A stretch of 62,981 nt of DNA, the filler included, from Olpidium bornovanus S191 (lineage: Eukaryota; Fungi; Olpidiomycota), in the NCBI GenBank assembly GCA_017911155.1. It is 24 parts of 24 records of this genome, joined end to end, with 100 filler letters (N's around TTAATTAATTAA, not from the genome) between each part and the next. Parts side by side here need not be neighbours in the genome. Positions count along the whole stretch, not along the records: positions 9,576 to 11,682 come from JAEFCI010008381.1; positions 11,783 to 13,404 come from JAEFCI010006571.1; positions 13,505 to 16,495 come from JAEFCI010000103.1; positions 16,596 to 17,973 come from JAEFCI010010219.1; positions 18,074 to 19,868 come from JAEFCI010010592.1; positions 19,969 to 21,103 come from JAEFCI010008481.1; positions 21,204 to 23,088 come from JAEFCI010010448.1; positions 23,189 to 24,421 come from JAEFCI010013028.1; 16 more parts are not named here. One strand, written 5' to 3'. The position numbers and the translations under genes were made by a program. The notes under the pieces were generated by a model, which was not told the origin of the DNA, searched no databases, and saw only the letters and a program-made list of their open reading frames with translations. Positions 9,476 through 23,189 of this stretch are shown in pieces (positions within the stretch are counted from its first letter, which is position 1; each line of letters opens with the position of its first letter).

Positions 9476-12400
9476 NNNNNNNNNNNNNNNNNNNNNNNNN
9501 NNNNNNNNNNNNNNNNNNNTTAATTAATTAANNNNNNNNNNNNNNNNNNNNNNNNNNNNNNNNNNNNNNNNNNNNCTCCTCAGCCCGGCCGCACCGCCGC
9601 TGATGAGATCTGACATGCATTGTCTATTCCTCTTCCCTCTCAGTTTGTGCGGCACGTCCCGCTTTTTTATAATCAGGTGGTGGAGCTGCTGTCGGTAGAT
9701 CTCACCCACGACGTCCGACTGGCCGCAGTTCCGATTTTCCGAAGGGCAGGTCAAGCGTACCACATCGACGCGCCGCCACCGCCGGCCGAGTTCGATTAGT
9801 TTCTTTTTGCTTCTAACCTTTTCGCCCCGCCGGCATTCCCGATGTTTCGTTCTTTCTTTCTTTCTTACTTCCGTTTTTTTGCGGTCAGCCGACGACGGCG
9901 AAAACGAAACAAGCATTCCATGTCCATGCCAGATACCACTCGCAATCTCGTAAAACGACAACAACATCAAAAAAAAAAAAAGGGAAAGAGAAAAAAAGAA
10001 ATCTTAGACGACAGCCTTAGAAAGGCCCTTGTGCATCTCTAATATACGACGTCCGTCGTCATTTCCACACATCGTCCCGCACAGCTCGGCCGACAACTTG
10101 AGGGGTGCAAAAGAAGAAGAAAAAACCGAGCTGCAAAGTGCATGTGCACCTCTACGCAGTTCAGGCCCGCAAAACGCCGCGCTGGGGGTGTATCGATTAC
10201 AGTTAACTCGAAGGGCGGGAGGGAAGGCGGGGGGGGGGGGGGGGGAGGGGGGGAAGAGGGCGGCCACGCGTTGTTCGTTTATGCAGGAGGAAAAGCAAAA
10301 GGGGAGTTGGTAGCGCTGCGCTGGGAGGGGCCCTAGGCGCAGGCTTGGTAAGCGGTTAAACCTCGCCTTCCGCCTGGTGGGGTTTGGTCGACAGACAGCT
10401 TCGAGCCTACTTTGTTCTTAAAATTTGGGCAAAATCTTTAATAGAAGAACCCTTAGAAATAGCAGGCCTGTTGTGGGGCGGGGGGGTGGGGGGATGGGTG
10501 GTTTGTGGGGCACAGCCCACGCGAGACCAGATTCAAGTTCAACTGGACTACGATGCCCCAGAAAGAGATTCCTGAGAAGAGTAACGGCAACAGCCCCGAG
10601 TAGTCCTACGTATTGGAGAATGAGGCAGAACGCAATGATTTCACGGCATTAACGGTGGTATCTGTTAACGCGGACATGGCAAGCAAGGAAGTCAGCAATC
10701 TGCGAAGGAATGATGGTCTGCTGCACGGTCCCAGGGTTAAAGGCACAGTTTTGGATGTGACCATGCCAAGCGCAAGACAAGAAGCTGGCAGCGACAAAAC
10801 TGTGGAAGCTGCTGCAGGGTGGGACCGCCACGGCAATCTTCTTATGACACGACAACCGGGGACCAACGCAAACATCATCTTCTTGAGGGATAGGCAAGCT
10901 TGGCGACCACGCTCTCCATCGCGACGAGTAACGAGGAATTGTTCGCCGGCAGCAATCCCGGCGGCGCGCCGAAGCTCACGGAGATGAGCCAGGTCAGATT
11001 TCGAATCATTCGCCGCCTGCGACAGCGGCCACACTGCACTCTCACAGGCAACAACATTCTGGCAGCCAGACTCAAGGGTCCCGAGACGGCCGACGATCTC
11101 CGGAAACTCTTTTTGGCAGCAAGACGATAGGCCGAAGCCAAAGCAATGCACGTCGGCGAAGCCGAAAAAAAAAACGTGTGTCCGGAGCCGAAGGAGGACG
11201 CAGAAACATATTAATTATATTAATATGAATAGTAACTATAATAATAACGACATCCACGAAGCCGGAGACGGGCACACCCGGAGCCGCACCCAGGGAAGGA
11301 GCGCCCCTGCAGGACAAACACACTAATCCAGGCGGCGACGGCACAAGAGCACCCACGCAGGACAAATACGCCGAGCCCGACGGCGACTTCATAAAGGTAC
11401 TTGAAGACTTTGATTTTGATCTACTTGATGTTAAACCGTTCTAACCAATTACCAATTTACTTTCAATTTGGGTTAATGACATCCTTCTCACCGGTCCTAA
11501 CTCCCAAGTTCTTGATATCTTTACACACGCCTTTAATCGCCGGTTTCCTTTTACCAACAGCGGAAACCTCACGCACATTTTTGGGCATCAAGATTACAGA
11601 AACGCCGCAAGGGATTCATCTAGCATAGCAAAACTACTTCGACAAAGTTTCAAAACCGTTTTTGCCATTTTGGTCGCCATGCNNNNNNNNNNNNNNNNNN
11701 NNNNNNNNNNNNNNNNNNNNNNNNNNTTAATTAATTAANNNNNNNNNNNNNNNNNNNNNNNNNNNNNNNNNNNNNNNNNNNNCGCGCCCCCCCCCCCCCT
11801 CCCCCCCCCGTCGCAAATGGCCGTGCAGAGGCGCCGCGTGGAACGCGCGCGCGCGCGGGCGCCCGCTTTCCATCCAGCCGCCGATTGAGCCGTGCCCCCG
11901 GCCCCGCCTCCCACCCCCCGCCAAAAACCGCTTTCTTTCGGGGGGGGGGCGTTGCATTTTTAACAACACAGCGCGGGGAAAAAAACAAAAATTTGCGGTG
12001 CGACAGAGGGAAAACTCTCCCCGTCATCGATCGATTTCCTTCTGCAACGGTGCCAAACGCGGCGCCGAAAAACACGCCGCCGGGCGGGGGGGGGGGGGGG
12101 GGGGGGGGGGGCGGGGGGGGGGGGGGGGGGGAGGGGGGTCGAGAGCGGTTCTCGCGCTAGTTGTTTTATGCGCCGCGTGCGCGGTAATAACGCGAACGAA
12201 GGCGGGATGGACATTTCGAGACGGACTTAGGCCTACGTCGGCGGTTTGGACGCCCTTTTCTGGGACGGCTGTTGAAAACTCACCGCGCATACCAAACTAT
12301 TACGCCCCTGGCTTCCAAGCGGGATCTCAGAATGCTATCCGTCCGCTGCTGACGCTGCCCCTTATTTACGAGTTGGAACGCACAGCGGCATGCTCTCTGG

Positions 12401-13504
12401 AGCTGAACCGCCAAATCGTAATTTTCTGTTTGGGAATGCGTAATTGTGAAGCACACGGGAAACCGTTACGTCAGGAGCAAATGAAAGATTAATCTTGGAA
12501 AAAACGGCCCGACGCTATCTAGTGAATCGGCTGATCAATCACACGCTACGTGGGCGAGGATTTTACGGCACACGTTCGGGGTCAAGTACAGAAATGGACA
12601 GGGTGTAAAAGATATGACGATAGAGATCACCAGCCAGGCAGAAAGCGGCAACACAAAGTGTCCGTCGGCGGTTGCGGGAACACGCCGCCAGGACCCAGAC
12701 TAATGACCAGAGGGGGTGGGGGGGGGTGGTTCCGAAAGCGACAACCGCGGAACCGGTCTCGCTTTTTCAAAACTACTTTTGGGAGCTAAATAAAAACGCA
12801 GCGGGATACATATTGATGGCGTTGGCCTCGTTCGACCAAAAATAGCAGATCGCGCAAGGCAAGAAAAAGAAGGGAATGGTGCCACATTGCAGTTTGAGCG
12901 TAGTGCTGTGCGGGGTGCGTGCTGGTGGAGAAGGGGGGGGGAGGGGGGGGAGGTACGACGAAATGTGTCACGCCTGCAATGCCTGTACAACAGGATTGCG
13001 TGCGTAACGGCGTCGGAACTTCTCGTTAACTGACTCGGGATGGTAGGCTCTAGGGAAGATGTTATTTAAGCTCCCGGTGGGGGTGAGGGATCTGCTCTGG
13101 TGGGTCTTCTCCCTGAGGTCCATCGTCTGTACCGAAACCGACGTCGGAACTGAAAACCGGTCAGCGATCAGAATTCCGCCAACGAAGTAGTGCCCTGAAA
13201 GGCCCACGGCCGGGGCCAACCCGTTAACTGCACGTGCAACTCCAGGGGAAACGACGTTCGGACCCACAAACACTTGCACAGTACATGTTTCCCACCTGCT
13301 TCGCAGCCAGCAGGCCCGGCTCGACTCGCCGAGTCATCATCTGTTTGGTGTGCGAGAGGCAAGCGGCCATCAAAGCGCGGTCGCTGTAACTGTCTTCCTT
13401 CGACNNNNNNNNNNNNNNNNNNNNNNNNNNNNNNNNNNNNNNNNNNNNTTAATTAATTAANNNNNNNNNNNNNNNNNNNNNNNNNNNNNNNNNNNNNNNN
13501 NNNN

Positions 13505-15294
13505 ACATGCTATACAGTAAATCAAGACCTCTCCGTCTAACGCTGATATCCCGGTCGCGCAATGATTGGATGATCGTCTCCTGGTGTTTCTTTATCGGCT
13601 CCAGAGACTCGGAAAAAGCTGCCAGGCGAGCCATTGCATCCAATGCCAAGTACCGAATATTCGTCTCCTTTGACGCGATAAACCGTCCCAGTAGGACGGC
13701 GGCCTCCTTCACAATATCAGATTCCGGATCTAGATGTATTGCGAGGCTGATCGCCTCAAACAGAACTGCGTTTTGTGCATTATTGTGCTGCACGTTCTTC
13801 GGCATCTCCTGCGTGGTGCCAATCACTTGTTTTAAGACCTCGTTTAGCCAACTTCTGAGATTTCTGTCCTCTGCAAAGGCCAAAATGTAAGCTGCGTAGT
13901 CAGAAGAGGGCTGAAGCGGCGTAGGAAAGACGCTACTCACCTGATGGCGGGTAATAATGTAGCAGTCGCAAGAGCTTGCACTGAAACCAAGGGACGGGGA
14001 CCTTATAGTAGACGTAGTCTGGACTGTACTCTCGGTCTATTACAATCTGGCCGTCAAAAGTATAGTTGAGTGTTTTCGAAAAATGAAATGCGCACATAAA
14101 CGGCTGCCCGTGACCGCACCTTTTGCATTCTACCTATTGCCTTCGGAACACAATCTTTATATGAATCTGGATATTGCTGACTCGCAGCCAATACCAATGT
14201 CGTCACTGCTTGCGCTACTCCCTGATATAGTCCGCGTGCTGGCAATGAACAGGGCGCGCTGGGCAAGGCGGAGACGAGAAAAACCCGGCGCTTACAAGGT
14301 CTATTTCGTCCATCAACGCCACAATACGGGGAGCCCAGTCCTCTGCTTGGAATACGTCGGGATGCTTCCGAAAAATGCGGAGAAGCGTCAGGGCAGCTTT
14401 CTTCTTGGCAAAAGATTTCGAGTTTCTGGGTGTGCGAGCCGGGAGAGTCGTCGGGTTACCCATGTTGATCAGAACTTTAGGGTCTTTTCAAGGCTGGAAA
14501 ACGCACGGCGAGATCAGCAACTTGTACACCTCGGGCGCCAGACTCTCCGCCATCTCTCTGGCACCGATGTTCGCGATGGCGTGGAGAGCCAAGCAGTTGT
14601 TGATCTCACTGAGATCCTCGAGGTCTTTTCGTATTGAGTTCACCACCAGCCGCACGAGCTCATGGTTCTCTGTCAGCAGGAGGATGACAGCCAGATACCC
14701 CTGCTCACACGGTCGATTTTGTAAAAAAAAAAAAAAGGTTTGACATTTTACGGGAATCTCCTCGCTGGTCGCACCCATTTTCCAAGCGGAACCGCAGACA
14801 TACGATCTGCTTTTCCGAAAAATTCCGAGAGCTGATCAGAGTTACCGCCTCCATGTGTCCGAAGTCAATGTCCCAACCGAGGATGTAAATGTAAAGGAGC
14901 TTGCATATGTATTTCTACAAAGAAGAGAGTCGCGTGCGGCGGTTGTTAGACCGTTTGGAACCGGCGCGAAACGCAAAAAAGAAAGAAAAAAAAGGGGAAA
15001 GAAAAACCTTTCTGCTGTACCCGTTCAGGTTTCCCTCCTTAAACTTTGCTCTAATGTTCGCCATTTCCTACACGAGGCAAGAATGCCGCGAGAGTGAGAG
15101 TTGACGCTGCACCGCTTCAGCAGCCTACTACACACGGGTCGATCTAGCAGGCAGCCGCATCAGCGGCCGAGTCGCGGCACGCGCGCCACTCCTGCCGTCT
15201 CTCCGCGCACCTTGTTTATTCTCTTCTCCTCCAGCTCCCTCACTCTGCAGTTCCGCAGGTCCGCGATGAACACCGTGAGTCCCCTCATAGACAT
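13505..15294 (-). CDS. APL3: AP-2 adaptor alpha subunit, N-terminal part, multi-exon
   Basis: [17 protein letters not shown]; [24 protein letters not shown]; [15 protein letters not shown]; [17 protein letters not shown]; [10 protein letters not shown]; [17 protein letters not shown]. Confidence 0.97.
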
Positions 15295-15641
15295 GTTTGC
15301 AATTTTCCCCTTGGCCGGTCGCGATCGGGTCGGGTCGGTCGGTCAGAAACGACGGGGTCATGGGCCGCGTGCAAAGACCTCGGGGGAGGTCGGAGGGGAA
15401 TATTACCCCGTCAGAATTTTTTTTTTTTTTTTTTTTTGTTCTTTTCCAGCCCGCTTTCCGCCCCGCCGGGGGCCAAACAGAAAACGAGAGGGCCGGCAGA
15501 GAGCGAGGAAGGACGAGACCAGCGGCTGCCCCTGGCACCCCCGCCTCCGGGCACGAGAAAGCGCCCCGCGCGCGAGAGAGCGAAAAGCGGGGAGTGACGG
15601 AGGAGTAGACGACGGCGACGGGCCGGAAACGTGTGGATGGG

Positions 15642-16495
15642 ATGGCGCCCCTTAAGCTTAACGTCAAATCGTCCAAGGCGGATTCGAAGATAGAGGTCAC
15701 GGTGGAGGAAACCGACACCGTGAAAGTCCTCAAGGAGAAGCTCGCAGAGAAGGCGGAAACCCCAGCGGACAGACAGCGGCTCATCTACTCCGGGCGAGTG
15801 CTCAAGGTGTGCCTTGGCAGGGAAGGAGGGTGTAAAGGGGGAGGAGGGGGTGGAAAGGAAGAGGAAGACGAAGTTCCAGGCGCGGAGATGGCGAGGGGCC
15901 GAAGTGGGGGAAAAGGGGAGGGAAGCAGGACGGGGCGGGAGGGAGGAACGGGGCCGGCTTGCCGACAGCCGGGGGGTTGCTTACGCGTATCTTTCGTTGC
16001 GAGGACGTGGACGACGATTTGCATACTGCTGAAGGTGCCCTGCACTCACTCCCGCCGCCCTGCATTTCGCGCAGGACGACGACACCGTTGGAAGCTACAA
16101 GATCCAAGACGGCCACACCGTCCACCTGGTTCGCGGTGCGCGTACGTAAACTGTTTGAAACGCCTGCTGCGAATGCGCCAGTATCATTGGCTGCCCCGAG
16201 TTGAGGTGGGAGGTCGGCTTGGATCTCTCGTCCGGACTTCTTCGCTGATTTTCCGCACACCTCGGAAACAGAGCCGCCCGGTTCCGCCTCCTCCACAGCC
16301 CCGGCTTCCACGCCCGCGTCAATGACGGCTGCGTCAACGTCGTCTCGATCGGTTCCTGCAGCCGGCGTTCCTGGAGCTGCACCGACGCCGGTCTTCGGCG
16401 CGGGAAACATGTTCCCTTCGCAGGCCGGTATGGGCGGTTCCGAAGAACTCGGCGGCATGGGCGGTGTCGGCGGAATGGGCGGGCTTGGCGCCATG
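15642..16495 (+). CDS. DSK2: Ubiquilin/Dsk2-like, N-terminal UBL domain, partial
   Basis: TVKVLKEKLA...PADRQRLIYSGRVLK|DDDTVGSYKIQDGHTVHLVR followed by a G/M-rich low-complexity region. Divergent from APL3. Confidence 0.75.
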
Positions 16496-16595
16496 NNNNN
16501 NNNNNNNNNNNNNNNNNNNNNNNNNNNNNNNNNNNNNNNTTAATTAATTAANNNNNNNNNNNNNNNNNNNNNNNNNNNNNNNNNNNNNNNNNNNN

Positions 16596-17973
16596 ATCAT
16601 GTTTCCCTCCACTTTAGCGGGCCCCGCAGGAAATAACGACCACGCTGCAGGTTGGACGGTCCGTGTGAACGCGTTTTGGATCAACAATAGATACGTGATT
16701 GAGGAAAAGTTCGGGACTCGGATCGTATCGGGAAACTCGCCTCCGGGGCCAAAGGCCTTATTGAGAATGCGGCGGTACTTGATCTCAGGGAGATATGGAA
16801 CCGGCGGCACTGGGACGGTAATATCAATATTTTTGCGTCACGCTTCATTGAATAGAGGCGACGTGCGATACCAACTTAATTTGCCCAGGGGTTTAGCAGC
16901 AACGTCCTCGGGCGGTAAACGTGCTTGCAAGGTCGCAGTCACTTCAGGGGGGAAGGGCTGCCGCGGGAGGCTTTCCAGGGCTTCCTCGCTGACGGTACCG
17001 TCGGTGTCCGTGTCTTTGTTGCGACGGGCCTGGCGCCTCGAGCCGGCGACCGCCGTAGGAACGGATAAAACCATGGCACGTTGCTCCATCACGTCGACAG
17101 ATCGTCTAACGCCCGCCTCGCAATGCTGCGAGTACCGGATCGTCACGTCGATTCGCAGCGGCCTCGTGGCACGCGGCCTTGTCCTCTCCCGCTGCGACGT
17201 ATCGTCGCCGGCGGCATCGCTGACGGTAGTCTGGAGGCAATGGCGCGGCCGGGGGACGCGACGCAGGGCAGTTTTGTAAGAGGCTGCTGATGCCGGAAGG
17301 CGAGCCCCGCGCGCGCGCGGAGGGTGAACTTAAAGGCGCGCTCTGTCTCTCACCGCTGAAAAGCAACGGGAGATGGATTGCGGTGCGCCTTGCCGAGCCG
17401 GGCGGAAGCAGCAGAGGTCGGCCGGGAATCGGCGCGCGCCGCGAACTCGGGAAGAGAGCAACGCACGCACAACGGCCTGCATGGCGCCGGCTGAAAGCAA
17501 TCCGTCAGGCCGGACTCGAGACGGCGGCGGGGGGGGCGAGGGGGCACGGCACGCGCACTCGGCCCACGAGCGCCTCCCTTCCTTGCCCTCTCAGACCGGG
17601 GCGGGGAACGGTGCGGCAGGGCGGGGGACCGCGATTTCACAGCCCCAGGGAGCGCGCACGTGAGCGCACGTGCGTGGAGTTCGGAATACGCCGGCGCCTC
17701 GTCAAGGCCGCAGATCACAGCCCAATCCAGATGCACAATCCGCTCAGTCGGCGGTAAACTCCTCGCGAGCAGCCTTTTCTGTTGTGCGTTGACAAAACAG
17801 TTGGCGATGCCAGCGTTTCCAAGTGGCCATACTCAGGAAGGCGGCCCCACAGCATGCCGATTGGACTGCGGTGCATTTTGAGCTGTGACATCGACGAATT
17901 TGCCGCGGCAAGTTCCTCCAAAAAATCCACAATTGCAACAGGGTTGTGCTCCCGAGCAGCCTTTTCCGTTGAG
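16596..17973 (-). CDS. Internal fragment of an unidentified gene
   Basis: Protein-like segments IVDFLEELAAANSSMSQLKMHRSPIGMLWGRLPEYGHL and PYLPEIKYRRILNKAFGPGGEFPD. No family recognised. Confidence 0.3.
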
Positions 17974-18429
17974 NNNNNNNNNNNNNNNNNNNNNNNNNNN
18001 NNNNNNNNNNNNNNNNNTTAATTAATTAANNNNNNNNNNNNNNNNNNNNNNNNNNNNNNNNNNNNNNNNNNNNCCGAAAGTTTTCGTTTAGCCCCGTTTC
18101 CGCACGCGCTCTTCGGGCGAGAAAGGGGGAGCAGACCAAGAAGAGGGGAGCGAGATTAGGGGGGATTCATTCATCTATTGTTCCAGTATACATGGCCGAT
18201 GGACGGCCGATAAACTATAAAATGTATGGCACTGGGATGGACGAGGTTTGGACCGAGGATGCACGATGTTTGCCTCGGTTCTACAAGGGTGAACAGCGAC
18301 GTTTGTAAGAATTCCTCGTGAAACCTCGGCTTTCCGCGGCTTTGAAAAGTTTAAGGATATTTTAGTACGGCCACCGTACTATAGTACACAACCTCGTGAA
18401 TCCCGGTGCATCCGAAGATGCACTCGTCC

Positions 18430-18780
18430 CTGAGCTCGTGGTGGGGCAGCCGGACGAGAGCAGGGGCGGTGGCCCTACAAGCGCAGCGGCGGCGGCAGGT
18501 CGACGAGAATGGCCGGGGCGGCCGGAAGAGCGGCAGCAGCGACGGCAGCGGCAGGCGGCCGGACGAGAACGGCAGTGGCGCCAGCGGCGGCAGCCCGAGA
18601 GCGGCAACGAACAGCGGCGGCGGCCAGCGGCCGGACGAGAGCGGCCGCGAGAACGGCAGCGGCAGCGGCCGGACAACAGCAGCGGCAGCGGCCGGACAAC
18701 AGCAGCAGGAGCAACTGCAGCCGGGCGCGAGAACTGCACGGGGGTCAGCGGACGCCGGGCGGGAGCTGGGCTGGGCAAAC
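18430..18780. repeat. Degenerate GC-rich tandem repeats
   Basis: Recurring GGCCGGAC(G/A)A(G/C)A...CGGCAGCGGCAGC units, including two GCAGCGGCCGGACAACAGCAGC copies near 18661-18707. Confidence 0.7.
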
Positions 18781-19128
18781 AGACGAGAACGGCGGCACCC
18801 AGACGTGGCTGATCAGCTTTGCGACAGGCGCCTTCGGTCGCTCAGTGCTGCGGATGTACGTGTACTTAGCATCTTTGCGCGGAAGATTTGCAAGCCGCCA
18901 AAGCTCGGCGAGCTTGGAGAAAACAGCCGATCTGTTCGCGTCTTTGGTTCGCCCCCTTCCGCCCCGGCACAAACGCGCATTTTGACGCGGCCCTCGAATC
19001 GTGTCAGCCAACGGGTGCGCGTTTCCAACCCCGCCCACCCAGGCGAGCCGCGGCTTCCCCGTAAAACGCAAAAAAAAAAAAATAAAAATAAAAATAAAAA
19101 TAAAAAAGAAAGAAACTGGGTTCTAGCT

Positions 19129-19868
19129 ATGGCGGTAGGGAAGAGCAGCGCGATCGAGCGGCAGGCCGCGTACATCATCGGCATCAGGAACTCAGAAGCG
19201 TATCAGAAAGCGAAGCTGCTGGGAAGTGTGGGTGTTTTTCCGTCTTCCGGAGGGAGGGCCGGGAGGGGGGGGAGGGAGGACGGGAGGATAATAGATCGGA
19301 GACGGACACCCCCATCCTCACCCCTCCTTCCTTTTCCCGCTGGCTCCGTCTTGGGACAGCAAATTCAAAAGGCGCTCCTGGACAAGCTGGCCGTCCACGC
19401 GATCCCGTGCACCGACTTCACCTTCGAGCAGTGGACAGAGGCGATCAACGCGACGGTCGGCGCTGCGGCCGCTTCGCCGAATTCGGAAGTGATTGTCTGC
19501 GTTCCAGCGCCGCGCGACACGAACCATCACCATCATCCCCCGAACGCGCCGCCGCCGCCGCAGCCCGCACCAAACCACCACCAACACCACCCCGCGCCGA
19601 GCGCCGTTTCCGGCTCGAGCGGGGATCGCCCCGCCGAGGTCCAAGCGGCGGTCGAGGCGATGACGCTCGGGAGCGGGCGGGTCCAGCTGCTGTCGAACCG
19701 CGCGCAGGATCTCGTCCACTGGGCGGAAGAGAAATTTGCGGCGGAGATCGACTTCGTCGAGCCGTCCGCCGAGGAATGCGCGTCCGCGGCCGAAAGCGAA
19801 ACTGCGCAGTGGATGCGAGAAAAGAACGTGCGGGGGGGCGGGGGTGGGAAGCGGGGGAGGGGGAGGAG
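19129..19868 (+). CDS. PPIL6/RSP12-like ciliary cyclophilin, N-terminal domain, partial
   Basis: YIIGIRNSEAYQKAK, IPCTDFTFEQW, SEVIVCV and QDLVHWAEEKF...EPSA...AQWMRE resemble, from memory, PPIL6 KVVGLFSCPNFQIAK, VPLQEFAWHQY, SSVISFV and LDLQKWAHE...KPSA...AKFLRD. The cyclophilin domain is not in the contig. Confidence 0.55.
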
Positions 19869-20936
19869 NNNNNNNNNNNNNNNNNNNNNNNNNNNNNNNN
19901 NNNNNNNNNNNNTTAATTAATTAANNNNNNNNNNNNNNNNNNNNNNNNNNNNNNNNNNNNNNNNNNNNCGCTCAATAGAGCTGTCGACCCTCGCCCATCC
20001 AGGTGCACGTCTGGGCACCTCGATATTGCGCCCTGTTATGAGCATTTTTGCAGTTTGTTTGGTTCCCAATTGTGGTTTCAACACCATGATAAGAGACAAA
20101 AAATGGCGCATTGCCTCCGTTCCCTGCCGCGACGGCCGCGTTGCGGTTCCCAACGGCGGGAGAGCGTGGGCGAATTAAACCGCGCCAGGATAAGGGGCCC
20201 GATGCCCGGCTCCGGCGCGCCCATCCGAAAAGGCCATGTATTCCAACGGACCGGACCCATTTTCACGGTTGGAAATCGCGGGAGCGGCCGGTCTGCACCC
20301 AACCTTCTCGGCCAGAAATTTGCAGCACGCCGCATCTCGACGACGAGGCAGGCCGAAGCGGCAAATGCACTCGAGCTTTCTTTTGTGATTTGCGAGGGCG
20401 ACCGGGGGTCGGCATCCTCTTAGACCTTGGAGGCGCGGGCGGGCACCGAACGGGGGGAAGGGGGAACACAGCTGCAAAACGTTTTGACTGGAGCCGGTCG
20501 GCCTTCCGGCGCCCGCCTGGCCACCGGAGCGGCAGGGCGTGCTTCATCGCCCACCTCTCGGGAAGAGGGGGGTCACCTCTTCCAAGATTGTCCGTCTGAA
20601 GTTCTGAGTTCCCTGGGCAACGTGGGGGCGGTGGGCGGCAGGCGCTGTACGGCCTCCTCCTCGCCGTCGAGACCGACGGTTGCGGTGGTTCCAGATCCAG
20701 GCGCGGGGCGCAGTGGCGATGTGCTTCACCGCGCAGGGCGGCAGCAGACCTGGGGCATTGGCGCAGACGGGTTGTCGACGCGGCCGACGTTCAGGATGTG
20801 CCGCGAGCGGGATGGCATGCGCCAAGGGCGAGCGCGGGCGCGAACGCCGGCGGGGCGCGAAAGACGGCGGGGAATCGGAAAATCCGGGGCGCCCGCGCTC
20901 GCTCGCCGGCGCCCCTCCGCCGCCCCTGCCCGGCTC

Positions 20937-20982
<46 letters not shown>

Positions 20983-21559
20983 CCCCCCCCCCCCCCCCCC
21001 CCGCCCCCCCCCCCCCCGCCCGCCCCCCCCCGCCCCCCCCCCCCGCCCCCGCCACAACCACACCGCCCGCACTCCCCAACCGCAACCAACAACGAAGCGG
21101 AAGNNNNNNNNNNNNNNNNNNNNNNNNNNNNNNNNNNNNNNNNNNNNTTAATTAATTAANNNNNNNNNNNNNNNNNNNNNNNNNNNNNNNNNNNNNNNNN
21201 NNNAAAAGAAAAAAAACATCTTCTGGATTTTTGTTTGGAAAACCGTGGGGGACAAGGGCTGCTCCGCTCGACGCGGGCCGGGAGAGGGGTAGGGGAGGGG
21301 ATTCAAACGTTCCTATGTAACGTACTTTTTTTTTTGTTATTTGCGTTTTCCACTGTACCCCGTTCGCGCGGCAAAGTACGACAATCGCCGGCCGATGATC
21401 TTCGTAGGTTCATGGAGGAATTTTCTTTCGCTTTCGCTTTCGCTGCCATGGTGCCCGTTGGCGGGAAAAATAAACGAAAACCCAAAAAAAAAACCTCTCC
21501 GCTTACAGCGTTTAATTTTATTTTTTTAATTATTATTTCTTTCTTTTCACCGCACACAT

Positions 21560-23027
21560 CCTCCGCCTCGAAGCGGTTCACGGGTTCCGTGATCCCCAAA
21601 CTGGTCATTCCCGTCCTCATCAACGCCGTCGTGAGCTGCGCCGTTTGCGGACTGACGATCGGAAAGGTCGTCAACCTGTCTATCGCGCCGTCGCTGATAA
21701 CGGTCCTGAGTCTCGTCGTCGGCCTGCTGCTGGTTTTTCGGACAAACAGCGCTTACGACCGGTACCTACCGGGCGAGGGGGGGAAGGGAGGGTGCGGGAG
21801 GGGGTGGGGGGGGGTGGCCTGCTGACTGCGGCATTTTATCCATTTATTTTTTTGATTTTGCGGTAAACCTCGGGGAGGGCGGGGAATCCGAAATAACTTT
21901 TTTTTTCGTTTTTTTTTTTTTTTTTTTGGTTTTCCCTCAGTTACTGGGAAGGGCGGAGGTAAGAGAGGAGCGGAGGACGAGGAAACGGCTTTGGGCGCTT
22001 TTTTTGTTATTTCCCTTCGCGTTCCAAATATTTCGCCTTTTTTTTGCCCCCGTCGATTATAAAACATTTCTTAATTTTTTTTATTTACTTTTTTGTTTTG
22101 GTTTCGCCCGTCGACTTCACAACTTCAAGGCTTTGGGGACAGCTGAACGCTTCCATCAGAAACCTTGCGAGAACCATCTGGGTCATTGTCAAAGAGACAG
22201 GCGACGGCGACAAGGCTGAAAAGCGCTGCGCGGTCAATCTGTTGGTGGCCTTCGCCGTTTCGACCAAGGTGAGGCTTCAAAAAAAAATACATTTAGACCC
22301 CACCCGGGTTTCAAAAACCAAAAAAAAAACAAAAAAAAAAAACGGTCGAACTGTCCAGGCGAGATCTCGTAATTAAAAATGCATCGCAAAACGCAGCATT
22401 ATCTGCGAGAGGAATACGGATACGAGTGCGTATATATAAGTTTCTCGATTTCCCCTTCGACAACTTGAACGCAGGGGTAGGGGTGGGCGGGAAAAATGAA
22501 ATCGGGTAATTGACTTCCCCGCTTTTTGGGGAAAAAAAAAATAATTATAAAACCACCTTGCGCGCGCGCGCAAATTTCCCCGGACGCGAATCCCAGGTAC
22601 CCGGACCTGGCCCCCCTCCTGGAGCACATCCCAAAGTTCGGCGTCAGCTTCCCACAAGGAGTTTCCCCTCAGCCGGTCGAATGGCCGCCGTCTCCCATCG
22701 AGCGAGGGGCCCCATCGAGTCCCAGCCTGGATAGCGCGGGCGGAGAGAGCAGAACGGCCGCCGCCGGTTCAGCGCCCCGGGCGCGCCGGCGGAAACCGGC
22801 GGCCGGGGCCGGGGAAAGACCTCCAAAGAACATCGAGGCCTTCAAGACAGCCGCGATCGCCGAAAATTTGCCGCTGGAAATCACGCTGCACCTCGCCAGG
22901 TACAGCAAGCAGACCGTTTGCGGGGGAGGAGAGGGTCTGCGGGAGCGTCGGGAGTAAGTAATTTCTGCTCGCTGCGAACAGCTACATCGCCACGAAGAGG
23001 GATCAGGACCGCGTCGACGTGCCGCAG
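21560..23027 (+). CDS. Bestrophin-like (UPF0187) anion channel, partial, multi-exon
   Basis: GSVIP...VVGLLLVFRTNSAYDRY|WEGR...WGQLNASIRNLAR; LLVAFAVSTK; HYLREE; NLPLEITLHL. Confidence 0.9.
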
Positions 23028-23189
23028 GTAAGAACAAAGTCGCTTTCACAAACCGGCCGAAGGAAATTCCCTATTCGGCCCTCGCATGNNNNNNNNNNNN
23101 NNNNNNNNNNNNNNNNNNNNNNNNNNNNNNNNTTAATTAATTAANNNNNNNNNNNNNNNNNNNNNNNNNNNNNNNNNNNNNNNNNNNNC

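Noticed and set aside
9576-13404. ORFs on contigs 3 and 4 (likewise 19969-21103, 51635-53400 and 54862-56010)
   Set aside because: Some exon-like segments exist, but no family or consistent gene model could be supported, so they were left uncalled.
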